Origin: an uncultured Gammaproteobacteria bacterium
GTDB lineage: Bacteria; Patescibacteriota; Microgenomatia; UBA12405
Reading direction: 5' to 3'
Assembly (NCBI GenBank): GCA_964408995.1
Contig: CAYPBP010000005.1
Coordinates: 1 to 55,053, forward strand
DNA: 55,053 bases
Positions 39,671 through 49,205 of this stretch are shown here, piece after piece (positions within the stretch are counted from its first letter, which is position 1; the number at the start of each line of letters is the position of its first letter). The notes under the pieces are model-generated. The model searched no databases and had not been told where the DNA came from. It saw only the letters and a list, made by a program, of their open reading frames with translations. The translations under genes and the position numbers were made by a program.

Positions 39671-40408
39671 TTATTGTGCTAATAACCCAAAATTGTCCAA
39701 ACACCCATTAGAGACAATAATACCCGTCGATCCTGTTCTTATCCCTGTTGAGATGTTTCGAACCACCTTGGTATTATTAAAATAAATACTTATAGTTCCG
39801 GCAACATCTGCCACAACTTTAAGTTGATACCACTTATCGCTATCAAATGTACGTCTATTGCCAGTGTAATACGTAACCCCTTCAATCACTTCTTCCATTT
39901 GAACACTATCATTGTCTGGATAAGCTTTTATCATGATATAGTTTTGTGGACTTTCATACCACAAAACTACTCCAGCATACCCACCATCCATTACATTGAA
40001 ATCAACCTTAACTGTTTGGTTTGACGCCTGAACATCATTCAATAATAACATCCCCAATTCAAGATTTTTTTGCTTCAATACACCATCTTCAATTAACCAA
40101 TTTCCAGAAACGCTATTCCACTTTGACAAATTACCAGAAAATTCATCCGATTCAAGAATATTTAAACCAGCTGCATTTTGCAAAGTAATCAAAGCATCAA
40201 TCGAATTAATAGAACCATTAAAGTCAGTATCATAACGCCATAAATCTTCACTAGCCGGAGGACCTACTAAACCAGCTGCATTTTGCAAAGTAATCAAAGC
40301 ATCAACCGAATTAACCATTCCATTTTTATTTACATCTCCAAGACCACCATTATCACCTAAAGCTCTAGTCTCAAAAGCTCCTACATTTAAAGACATAGTA
40401 GTTGCCAA
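39671..40408 (-). CDS. Dockerin-like tandem repeat plus beta-sandwich (LamG/DUF1080-like) protein; start uncertain
   Basis: GDVNKNGMVNSVDALITLQ and DTDFNGSINSIDALITLQ (37-bp identical DNA); DEFSGNLSKW...GNW...GSTGI. Confidence 0.8.
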   Translation of the reverse strand: MATTMSLNVGAFETRALGDNGGLGDVNKNGMVNSVDALITLQNAAGLVGPPASEDLWRYDTDFNGSINSIDALITLQNAAGLNILESDEFSGNLSKWNSVSGNWLIEDGVLKQKNLELGMLLLNDVQASNQTVKVDFNVMDGGYAGVVLWYESPQNYIMIKAYPDNDSVQMEEVIEGVTYYTGNRRTFDSDKWYQLKVVADVAGTISIYFNNTKVVRNISTGIRTGSTGIIVSNGCLDNFGLLAQ

Positions 40409-40574
40409 GACAGCTGAAGTTAATCTCTCCTTAAAACTTATTTTTGTTTATAAACAACTTATAATATAAGGGTATTATACACTAAAAAACAAAATCATTT
40501 CAAACTTACTGTCAATTTGTGTATGTTTTCATTTAATACCTAACTAGCAGCAGTCAGTTCTGTTAAACTAATTT

Positions 40575-41804
40575 ATGGAATATACTCAAGAACAAATCGA
40601 AAAACTAAAATCTCTAGGTGTCGATGTAAAAATAGAAACTCCCCGTCTTGTCAAAGAAGGGGTTGGGGGAAGATTGAACCTGACATCTGAAATTAAACAT
40701 TCTAAATCCTCAGTTTTCCCATTATTATCTATTTCAGGAATAACTCTCCTTTCTTTCTCAGGCTTAATTTTATTAAAAAACCAAAATAATGATTCTGCTT
40801 TTAAAAATCCAACCAAAATTCAAGATCCAAAATCTGACGTCTCAATAACTCCAACTCAAGTACCTAAATCTATCCAACATTATCTTTTAACTTCACAACA
40901 ATATTTTTCAAGAGCTTTGGAACAACAAAGCTCGCAGAACCCCGCAACCGCGGGGTCAAATCCTAATCAAACTTTGGATCTCATAAATCAATCTATAATC
41001 GCCGCCAGCGATGCTATTAAAGAATTTCCAAATGACTATCGTGGTTACCAACAAAGAGGTAAAATTTACCAAGCTCTTATTGAATCAAAACCAGATCTTA
41101 TAAATCAATCTATATCAGATATTTCTAGTGCTTTAAAACTAAATCCCAACTCATCTGAAATCACTAAAAACCTTGCCTCTCTCTATGCCAAAAAAGGCGA
41201 TGCTCAAAATACTATTTTATATCTAAATCAAACCGTTGCCCTTGAACCAACCAAAGCCCAAAACTTTTATGATTTAGCTAAGATTCAGCAACAAGCTGGA
41301 TTTCTTAACCAAGCTATTGAAACTTACAATCAATTAATTACCCTAGTCACTGATCCAACTCAAAAATCTCAAATTGAAATCGAAAAATCAGCTTTAGAAA
41401 AATTAATTGCCCAAAACCCAAATCCACCATCAAAAATAAATAATTCATTACCCACAATCGATGATCCACAATCGACAATCAACAATCTTGAAAGTCCTAC
41501 TATTCAAGCCTTAGCTGATGGCGGTTTAATTATTGCTGCTCCAGAAGAATCTAATAAAATTAAAGTTACCAACCAAACTGATTCTAATTCTTTTTCTGGC
41601 AACTCAATTCTCCCTTCTGGTCAAAAAGAAATAACTATCACCAATAATAATATTTCTTCCACTTCTCCAGTCTATGTCACCGCCACCAAAGGTGGTAAAA
41701 ACCAAAACCTTCAAGTGTTAAGTAAATCCAAAGAATCATTCATTGTAGGTCTAAATTCCCCTATTTCCGAAGACATTGAATTCAAGTGGTGGATAATAAA
41801 TTAA
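40575..41804 (+). CDS. TM-anchored TPR protein with C-terminal WWIIN domain
   Basis: TM ISGITLLSFSGLILL, TPR-like helices (YRGYQQRGKIY, NFYDLAKIQ), C-terminus homologous to that of the giant protein. Confidence 0.85.
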   Translation: MEYTQEQIEKLKSLGVDVKIETPRLVKEGVGGRLNLTSEIKHSKSSVFPLLSISGITLLSFSGLILLKNQNNDSAFKNPTKIQDPKSDVSITPTQVPKSIQHYLLTSQQYFSRALEQQSSQNPATAGSNPNQTLDLINQSIIAASDAIKEFPNDYRGYQQRGKIYQALIESKPDLINQSISDISSALKLNPNSSEITKNLASLYAKKGDAQNTILYLNQTVALEPTKAQNFYDLAKIQQQAGFLNQAIETYNQLITLVTDPTQKSQIEIEKSALEKLIAQNPNPPSKINNSLPTIDDPQSTINNLESPTIQALADGGLIIAAPEESNKIKVTNQTDSNSFSGNSILPSGQKEITITNNNISSTSPVYVTATKGGKNQNLQVLSKSKESFIVGLNSPISEDIEFKWWIIN

Positions 41805-41811
41805 ATTAAAA

Positions 41812-41925
41812 CCCTCCGCCCTTCGGGCATTTCCCTTGACAAGGAGGCTTTCTTCTTGGGGTCATCATTTCATTTTAAGTCGCCCTGTCAAGGGAGATGT
41901 CGAACGAAGTGAGACAGAGGGTTTT
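41812..41925. repeat. Inverted doublet of family A repeats
   Basis: ccctccgcccttcgggcatttcccttgacaagg ... cgccctgtcaagggagatgtcgaacgaagtgagacagaggg. Confidence 0.85.
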
Positions 41926-41927
41926 GT

Positions 41928-43916
41928 TTATTGAATAGGTATTGGTGTTGGTTCAGCTTTTGGTGGTTTTAATTCTTCAGCTGGCACATTTACCTTCTCT
42001 TCTTTACCCATTGTGGGTAATGGAGTTTGAGTTTTTAATATTTCTGGACTTGTAGGAACAGACCCTTGTGTCTGTGCTTCTTTATTCTTAGCATTCAACA
42101 CCTCCAATTCTTTCTTCCAAGTTTCCAATTCTTTTGAAGCTTTATCATAATCACTAGAATCAACTGGAACTAATCTCAAAGCATTTTCTAAATAAGTCAC
42201 TGCCACATCTAATTTATTCAAATTCTTAGAACTGTTTGCCAAATTGTACCAACCATTAGCAAAGTCACTTTTATTTTTAACTACTTCTTCAAAAGATCTA
42301 TCTGCTTGTTGGAAATTATTAGCTGCATAAAAAAGTCCTCCCATTTCTAAATGAAGAATTGGATTGATTGGATCTAAAATAATTGCCTGTTGATAAGCTT
42401 GGTAACTCCAATCAGCCGCCCCATCAACTAAGCCAATTAAAGATTTATAAATTACAGCTAAGTTATACCAATAAGCTGAATTATTTTTATCTAAAGCAAT
42501 AGCTGACTTGGCTTCCCTAACCGATTGTTGAACTAAAACTGATGCTTTTTCTTTTTGTTCAGCTGTAATATCTTTTTCACTTAATAAAGCTTGAGCCAAA
42601 GCTAAATTAGTCTGAGAATATATTTTTCTATAATTCGCCAAGTTTGGATTAGCTGCAATTGCTTTTATTTGTAAGTTGTAAGTTTTTTCTCCATCATTTT
42701 TACTTGCTGCCAAAAGTGATTGCTTCATATAAATATCACCCATTAACATTCTTGTCATCCAATAACCACCACCTGCACTTACTACCAAAACCAATAAAGC
42801 AATTAAATACGGCATCACATTGAAATTCTTTTCTCCAACATTCAGTATTAATTTTGTTTCTTTAGATTCCAAACCAATAGAAACTAATAACCAAGTTAAT
42901 AAAAATACAGATATTAAATTTAATGGTAAAAACAAAACCACAGCTAAAAATAAAAGTACTTGCCAAAATCTAATATTCTTTTTTAATCTCAAAACCACTA
43001 ATACTAAATAAAAAACTAAAACTAAAGCTACAATTCCTAATTCTGTCCAAATCTGTAAAATACCCATTGATGATCCACTAAAAACATTAGTCCAATACTT
43101 AGTTAAATTAAAACTTGCCGGTCTAAATAAGTTAAAAGCTTCAGTAAAATTACCAATTCCTTGACCCAAAATAGGACTTCTTTTAAAAGCTTCAACTGCA
43201 ATTATCCAAGCGCTATTTCTATCTAAAACTCCCCAACCTAATTTAAAAGTTTTATATATATCTACAAAAAATAACAATGAGAAAAATGCTACTGCCATGG
43301 CATCAGTTAAATAACTCATTATTTCTTCTTTTGTTTTTATTTTAGCTAACAATTTTCTTAACCAACCAAAAATCAGAAATGCCAACAAAGTCATTTCTGC
43401 CAACAAAGAACCAGTTAAAGACCAAGCTGCTGTAATTGATATTAATGGATTAGTTTTAGGGATAAGTAAAGGCAATTTGTTGGTTGGCAATACAAAAACA
43501 ATTAAAGAAATTACGCTAATTATTAATCCTGCTATAGTTAAAAACAAAAACTGTTTCTCTATTTCCTTTTTATCGCTAGTTTGTAACCAAACAAAAAATA
43601 GTAAAAACAAAGACGCTATTGTTCCCATTCCCATTGGCAACATTAGAGATGTCATTTTAATCCCTGTTTCCAATCTTAAAAATGAAATTACACTCCAAAT
43701 AGTAAATATTAAAAATAACCAAAATAACTTATTGGTTTTGATTACTTTTTCTTTAGCTAATATCAAATTAATCGTCCACAAAATCAAAGCTACAATTGCC
43801 ATCACCATCAAGCTTAAATTTTTACCAAATCCAAAAGCATCACTAATGTTTGGAATAAAAATAATTGGAAATAATAAAAAGATTACTCTTAGGTAATATT
43901 TGAGAATAGTATTCAT
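41928..43916 (-). CDS. O-antigen ligase (Wzy_C)-like membrane protein with C-terminal TPRs
   Basis: About 12 TM helices, periplasmic loop AFKRSPILGQGIGNF...LQIWTELG, TPR tail. Confidence 0.82.
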   Translation of the reverse strand: MNTILKYYLRVIFLLFPIIFIPNISDAFGFGKNLSLMVMAIVALILWTINLILAKEKVIKTNKLFWLFLIFTIWSVISFLRLETGIKMTSLMLPMGMGTIASLFLLFFVWLQTSDKKEIEKQFLFLTIAGLIISVISLIVFVLPTNKLPLLIPKTNPLISITAAWSLTGSLLAEMTLLAFLIFGWLRKLLAKIKTKEEIMSYLTDAMAVAFFSLLFFVDIYKTFKLGWGVLDRNSAWIIAVEAFKRSPILGQGIGNFTEAFNLFRPASFNLTKYWTNVFSGSSMGILQIWTELGIVALVLVFYLVLVVLRLKKNIRFWQVLLFLAVVLFLPLNLISVFLLTWLLVSIGLESKETKLILNVGEKNFNVMPYLIALLVLVVSAGGGYWMTRMLMGDIYMKQSLLAASKNDGEKTYNLQIKAIAANPNLANYRKIYSQTNLALAQALLSEKDITAEQKEKASVLVQQSVREAKSAIALDKNNSAYWYNLAVIYKSLIGLVDGAADWSYQAYQQAIILDPINPILHLEMGGLFYAANNFQQADRSFEEVVKNKSDFANGWYNLANSSKNLNKLDVAVTYLENALRLVPVDSSDYDKASKELETWKKELEVLNAKNKEAQTQGSVPTSPEILKTQTPLPTMGKEEKVNVPAEELKPPKAEPTPIPIQ

Positions 43917-43987
43917 ATCTCAGCATAACAAAAGTACTTTTTTTTAACAACGACCAAGAACCTATTTTTTCCGCACATTTATCGCTT

Positions 43988-45085
43988 TTATCTTAGTCTA
44001 CTCAACGGATCAATTTTTCCATTTGGACCAATAACTTCAAAATGCAAATGAGTTCCTGTTGACCTTCCTGTGCTTCCCATAGTCCCCAACCTTTGACCTT
44101 GTCTGACTGCTTGTCCAGATGTGACAACTATCGAATTACTTAATAAATGAGCATATAAAGTAGTAAAACCATTTCCATGATTAATAACAACATAATTACC
44201 ATAACCACCACCATTCCAACCAGCACTAACCACAGTTCCACCTTGTGCCGCAATAACTGCTGGATTTGAACGATTAGCAATATCAATAGCCCGATGGTAC
44301 CAAGAATATCTTTGACTAACCGACCCAGAAGTCGGCCACATAAAATTACCTTCACCTACTAAACCTGGAATTGGAGCCACTATTCTGGAAGCATATTTTT
44401 GACTATCAATTACTACTTCTTTTGGTTTAATTCCGTCTGGAATCATCAGTTCTTGACCAGCACTAAGAGCAAAGGTTTCATCATTACTAAAAGTATTAAA
44501 AGGATAATCAATTATGTTCTGAGGATTAACCTGATGAGCTTTAGCAATATTATAAATAGTTTCCCCTCTTTTTACTTTATACCTAACTCCAGTCACTGGT
44601 AATATTTTTAATAATTGTTTCACCTTAATAGAATCAACTGACTTAAGGTTGTTTTCCCACATAATTGTGTCAATTGTCACTCCAAATTTTTGAGCAATCG
44701 ATGACACAGTATCCCCGTCAGCCACTCGATATTCAGTTATTTCTCCTTTTGGCAAACTAGAAACCAAAGTATCAGCTATATTATTATCGGCTGCCATAAT
44801 TAAATAACCACTTCCACTGCTTTTATCATTTCTACTACCACTTATTAAAGATTCTAATTGGCTTGAAAAAACTATGGTTAAAAAAGCCAAAGCTGCCATA
44901 CTAGCTCCAATAAAAGTCTGCGAAAATCTTCCTCTTTGACGATACATCGATCTAGCAAAAAATACTTTTAAAAACTCAGCCCAACCTAAAAATCTCTTTC
45001 CAAATCCATTAAAAAACTCTCCTTGTGCTTTTAAAAACCCCTTAAACAGGCCTATTTCATCTTCAATGTTTTCTTTAATCGACAT
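43988..45085 (-). CDS. LysM x2 plus M23 metallopeptidase
   Basis: YRVADGDTVSSIAQKFGV, YKVKRGETIYNIAK, HRAIDIA, YGNYVVINH, STGTHLHFEV. Confidence 0.93.
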   Translation of the reverse strand: MSIKENIEDEIGLFKGFLKAQGEFFNGFGKRFLGWAEFLKVFFARSMYRQRGRFSQTFIGASMAALAFLTIVFSSQLESLISGSRNDKSSGSGYLIMAADNNIADTLVSSLPKGEITEYRVADGDTVSSIAQKFGVTIDTIMWENNLKSVDSIKVKQLLKILPVTGVRYKVKRGETIYNIAKAHQVNPQNIIDYPFNTFSNDETFALSAGQELMIPDGIKPKEVVIDSQKYASRIVAPIPGLVGEGNFMWPTSGSVSQRYSWYHRAIDIANRSNPAVIAAQGGTVVSAGWNGGGYGNYVVINHGNGFTTLYAHLLSNSIVVTSGQAVRQGQRLGTMGSTGRSTGTHLHFEVIGPNGKIDPLSRLR

Positions 45086-45105
45086 AACTCTTTATTATAC
45101 CAAAA

Positions 45106-46752
45106 CTACCTAGTGAAAAAAGCGTTATCAAAATCAATTAAATAAAGCTTTGGCATTCTATTTAAGTCTGGTTTACCATCATCATTTCTAAAAAATTTAA
45201 GACAAAAATTTTCATCATGAGGATGGCTATGTTCACTATTAACAGAATTTAAACTGTCTATTATCTTGTTCATAACTAATTTCAATTCTTCTTTAAAAAT
45301 TCCGCCTGAAATTAAATTCCAAGTCTTTAAATTAATATCTAATATCCCAGCATAAACATTAACTGTTTCCTTAACTTCATCCAAATAATAGTATTTAATT
45401 GGTTCTATAGGCACATAATCAAAACCTAAATCTTTCCATAATTTAGTATTTTCATAAAGTTTTTGCCAAACCCTAAAAGACTCCGGTTCTAGATGTCTAA
45501 TAATCATTTTATTTTTCAAAGAACCTCCTATTAGAGTTGTTTCTCCTGATTTTGTCTGTTTTTTAGTTTCTAATTCAAAATCACTAACTTGATTCTTATC
45601 ATATAATTGAGGTTTAATAATTTCATCACCTAAATCTAGTTTAATTGCTTTATTAAACAAAAAAATCATATCATCAGGCAAAACTGATTTAATCATTTGT
45701 AAAGCCACCTTCTTCTCTTCAATTAATCCTTCATCTAAAGTTTTATTTAATTTTTCAAACAACAAAATTTTTAAATCATCATCATAAAATACATCAACTA
45801 TTTTAACCACCTTTCTAACATCGTTAATCGGTTTATTTTTAATAACATCTTTTGCTATTTTTGAAAAAAATAATTTTAAATCATCATTAAAATCAATCTT
45901 ACTCCAAACAACATCTGATACTTCATTTATTAAATCAATACCCTCTTTAGTTATAAATTTTTTAACTAAATCGACTTCATTTTCATCAGAAAAACAAAAA
46001 GAGTGTCTAATTACTTCTTTTTTAATTTCCATATCATCAACAGCAAAAAATTCATTCGTTAAAGATTCTCTTTTGTTTACATCTAAAACATAATTTACAA
46101 AACCAATAGCCTTTTTCTTGTCCTTATTTGAACCATTTTTACAAATATCTTTTATCTTGTTAATTAATATTTCTTGTGACTCAAGTTTGTTTTCATCAGC
46201 AATAAAAGATATCTTAGAAATTACTGTTTCTAACACTTCTATATCATCAATTTCAGAAAACTTTTTAAAAAGAGAAAATCTATCTTTCAAAGCAGCAACA
46301 TTTATAAACTTAGCTGCTATTCTATTAATCGTTTTATCCTTTACAGACAAACTTAACTCAATTAATCCTGAGACTTTTTCTTCTGGAGTCACGCCTATCA
46401 TCTTAGTCGCTATTCTTTTTTCATCAATTTGACCATTTTCAAAAACTTCTTTAATTTTTTCAAAAAATAATAATCTTAAATTATCTTGTTTTTCAATTGG
46501 TAAAAAATCTACTAAATTAGTTAAACTTTTTAAATATTCAAGATTACCTGATTTTAAATTATCAACTATAGCATTTTCTAATTTTTTATCCAATCCAAAC
46601 TTATCCTCAGTATTTTCTCTAAAAAATGAATAACTATCAGCCATTTTAATTCTTTCATCTTGAATCTGATTTTTAAAATAAGGCATTTCATACATACCAC
46701 TAAAATTATCCATCGGTTTAAAAAATTCCAAATCTACTTCATTTCTTTCCAT
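45106..46752 (-). CDS. HEAT-like helical repeat protein with C-terminal kinase-like domain
   Basis: Helical acidic/basic repeats; HSHPHDENF...LYLIDFD. Confidence 0.7.
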   Translation of the reverse strand: MERNEVDLEFFKPMDNFSGMYEMPYFKNQIQDERIKMADSYSFFRENTEDKFGLDKKLENAIVDNLKSGNLEYLKSLTNLVDFLPIEKQDNLRLLFFEKIKEVFENGQIDEKRIATKMIGVTPEEKVSGLIELSLSVKDKTINRIAAKFINVAALKDRFSLFKKFSEIDDIEVLETVISKISFIADENKLESQEILINKIKDICKNGSNKDKKKAIGFVNYVLDVNKRESLTNEFFAVDDMEIKKEVIRHSFCFSDENEVDLVKKFITKEGIDLINEVSDVVWSKIDFNDDLKLFFSKIAKDVIKNKPINDVRKVVKIVDVFYDDDLKILLFEKLNKTLDEGLIEEKKVALQMIKSVLPDDMIFLFNKAIKLDLGDEIIKPQLYDKNQVSDFELETKKQTKSGETTLIGGSLKNKMIIRHLEPESFRVWQKLYENTKLWKDLGFDYVPIEPIKYYYLDEVKETVNVYAGILDINLKTWNLISGGIFKEELKLVMNKIIDSLNSVNSEHSHPHDENFCLKFFRNDDGKPDLNRMPKLYLIDFDNAFFTR

Positions 46753-46754
46753 AT

Positions 46755-48116
46755 TTACTTTTTCCCAATTTTATCCAAAAATTCTTGGTTACTTTTGGTT
46801 TTAGCCATTTGACCTAAAATCATTTCTGTTGCTTCATTTCTTTCACCTAAAGCATCAAACATTCTTCTAATTGAAATAATTTTTGCCAAAACTGATGGGT
46901 CTAAAAGTAGTTCTTCTTTTCTAGTTCCTGATTTTAAAATATCAAAAGCTGGGAAAATTCTTCTCTCAGCTAATCCTCTTTCTAGTCTTAACTCCATGTT
47001 TCCAGTTCCCTTAAATTCTTCAAAAATCAAATCATCCATTTTTGAACCTGTATCAACCAATGAAGTTCCCACAATTGTCAAAGATCCTCCATTTTCAATT
47101 TTTCTAGCAGCTCCAAAAAATCTCTTTGATGGATATAAAGCAGCTGGATCAAAACCTCCAGATAATGTTCTTCCTGAAGTTGGAATAGCTAAATTATAGG
47201 CTCGAGCTAATCTAGTAATAGAATCAAAAACCATAAAAACATCTTTTCCCATTTCTACTAATCTTTTAGCTCTTTCCATAGCAATTTCAGCTGCTTTGGT
47301 TTGATCTTCTGGTTTTTGATCAAAGCTAGAAGCAATCACTTCACCTTTGATAAATCTTTGCATATCAGTCACTTCTTCTGGTCTTTCTCCTACCAAAACT
47401 GCCATCAAATGAACTTCTGGATAGTTAATTGCGATTCCAGCTGCAATTTCTTTTAATAAAGTAGTTTTACCTGCTTTTGGAGGTGAAACCACCATTGCTC
47501 TTTGACCAAAACCAATTGGGGTAAATAAATCAATTATTCTAGTTGAACAAATATCAGCAGTAGTTTCAGTTTTAATTTGTTTTTCAGGATAAATTGGCAC
47601 TAAATCTTTAAATTCTGGTCTATTAAAAGCAGCTGATAATTCCAAATCATTAATTTTATCAATTCTAGTCATTGCCCAATACTTTTCATTATCTTTTGGT
47701 GCTTTAGCTGCTCCCAAAATCATATCTCCAGCCCTTAGTCCATATCTTCTAATTTGCATTGACCCAATAAAAGCATCTTTTGGAGTTGGAGTAAATTTAG
47801 GTCGAACAAATCCTTGTCCATCTTGCATTATTTCCAAAGCTCCAACAATTATTTCAGTAGCTACACTAGCTTGTTGATGTTGATATTGATATTGTGGTCT
47901 TGGTTGTTGAGGTCTTGGTGTTTGTACCTGTGCTTGAGTTGAAGTCGGTGTTTTTACAAACACAACTGCATTATTATCTTTTGATTTTTCTTCAATCTTA
48001 TCTTCAATTTTAACTTCTGGAATTTCAACTTTAGGTGATTCCACAACAGTTAATTTGTCAGTTTGTGGCTCAACAGGAGCAACAACAGACGATTCATCAG
48101 TTTTTTTCTTTGGCAT
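46755..48116 (-). CDS. rho: Transcription termination factor Rho with low-complexity N-terminus
   Basis: GQGFVR, IRRYGLRAGD, PPKAGKTT, GERPEEVTD, DSITRLARAYN, FKGTGNME, SGTRKEELL. Confidence 0.97.
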   Translation of the reverse strand: MPKKKTDESSVVAPVEPQTDKLTVVESPKVEIPEVKIEDKIEEKSKDNNAVVFVKTPTSTQAQVQTPRPQQPRPQYQYQHQQASVATEIIVGALEIMQDGQGFVRPKFTPTPKDAFIGSMQIRRYGLRAGDMILGAAKAPKDNEKYWAMTRIDKINDLELSAAFNRPEFKDLVPIYPEKQIKTETTADICSTRIIDLFTPIGFGQRAMVVSPPKAGKTTLLKEIAAGIAINYPEVHLMAVLVGERPEEVTDMQRFIKGEVIASSFDQKPEDQTKAAEIAMERAKRLVEMGKDVFMVFDSITRLARAYNLAIPTSGRTLSGGFDPAALYPSKRFFGAARKIENGGSLTIVGTSLVDTGSKMDDLIFEEFKGTGNMELRLERGLAERRIFPAFDILKSGTRKEELLLDPSVLAKIISIRRMFDALGERNEATEMILGQMAKTKSNQEFLDKIGKK

Positions 48117-48209
48117 TTTTTATATGGAAATAAATAATCAATTAATTACTATTAGTAAATTAGCTGGAAAACAGCAATAAATTCGGGAAACTTCTTAAAT
48201 TCAAGTTAT

Positions 48210-48238
48210 ATTTTATATGTTTTTATAACTCTTGTCAA
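48210..48238 (-). promoter_or_regulatory. sigma70-type promoter of rho
   Basis: TTGACA-17-TAAAAT about 90 nt upstream of ATG. Confidence 0.75.
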
Positions 48239-48263
48239 GAATAATAGTTTTAAAGTATTTTTT

Positions 48264-48340
48264 AAATTCGAAATTACAATTTTTTATATCCTTGAACGCT
48301 ACGCATTTCACCAGATGTAAAAAATTCGTGATGAGGATTT
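48264..48340 (+). repeat. Hairpin repeat family B, copy 2
   Basis: aattttttatatccttgaacg...ttcaccagatgtaaaaaattcgtgatgaggattt. Confidence 0.85.
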
Positions 48341-48632
48341 AAAAAGATAACGAAAACTTAAAATAAATAAAATTCAAAAACAAAGTTGAAAGTAGAAGAC
48401 CTGCCCCCTCTTCTACTCTCAACCCTATTATTGAAGCTAAACTAAATTAATTTAGCCAATAAATAGGCTAATAATAATTTGACTTTTAATCAAAAAACCA
48501 TTATCTTAGATGTTGAAGAAACAATAATATACGTGTTCCACCTGCTTTGAGAATATCGATAATATTGTTTCTTTTTTTGTTCTTTAGCTAAAATTTCAAG
48601 TCAAAGACGATGAAATTTTGCCTAAAGATCAA

Positions 48633-48662
48633 ACCCCGAGCGAACAAAGTGAGTCTCGGGGT
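48633..48662. repeat. Palindromic element related to family A arms
   Basis: accccgag-cgaacaaagtgagt-ctcggggt; the inner part resembles cgaacgaagtgag at 41901. Confidence 0.65.
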
Positions 48663-48746
48663 ATAAGCCCTTTGTTTCACTTCAGCCTATTTATCGGGAT
48701 ATTTCAATATTGCTTATTTCCCCAACACCTAATTTTTAAATTGCGT

Positions 48747-48896
48747 TTACATTAAGATCAATTTCCCCCTAAGTTTCCCCATTTCTTTAAACTGTTTCTC
48801 AGCCCAGTTATCCTTATTTTTCTTTCCAGTTTTTTCTAGGCCCTGAGTCTGTCGAAGAGTTTTAGAAGAAAATATTCTTTTTATTAATTGAAGCAT
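48747..48896 (-). CDS. Small protein (49 aa) carrying an in-frame palindromic insertion
   Basis: MLQLIKRIFSSKTLRQTQGLEKTGKKNKDNWAEKQFKEMGKLRGKLILM; TAGACA-16-TATACT 6 nt before ATG. Confidence 0.55.
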   Translation of the reverse strand: MLQLIKRIFSSKTLRQTQGLEKTGKKNKDNWAEKQFKEMGKLRGKLILM

Positions 48897-49114
48897 TAAC
48901 TTAGTATAACCCCATTTTTAGACTTGTCTATATCCTATATTAATTTGCCTCCCAAAAAAACCATATCCTATATTTTTTTATTTACACAAATTAGCTTCAT
49001 TTTAACCACTTTAACCAACTTTTAAGTGGTTGTGGATAACTTGAGCATAACTCAAATACAATCTATGCGAAACCCCGCCACTGCGTGGTGAGGACAACTA
49101 AATTACTACTTAAA

Positions 49115-49194
49115 AAATTTGAAGTTATAATTTTTTATATCCTTGAACGTGCGACGCACATTCACCAGATGTAAAAAATTCGTGATGAGGATTT
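49115..49194 (+). repeat. Hairpin repeat family B, copy 3
   Basis: 34 bp at the 3' end identical to copy 2; inner stem gtgc-gac-gcac. Confidence 0.85.
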
Positions 49195-49205
49195 ATTAAA
49201 AATAA

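Noticed and set aside
48480-48600. Degraded gene between rho and the small ORF
   Set aside because: Only ~30-codon open stretches with no start signal or recognisable motif
49031-49039. Replication origin
   Set aside because: Only one perfect DnaA box seen, with no dnaA/dnaN nearby and no box cluster
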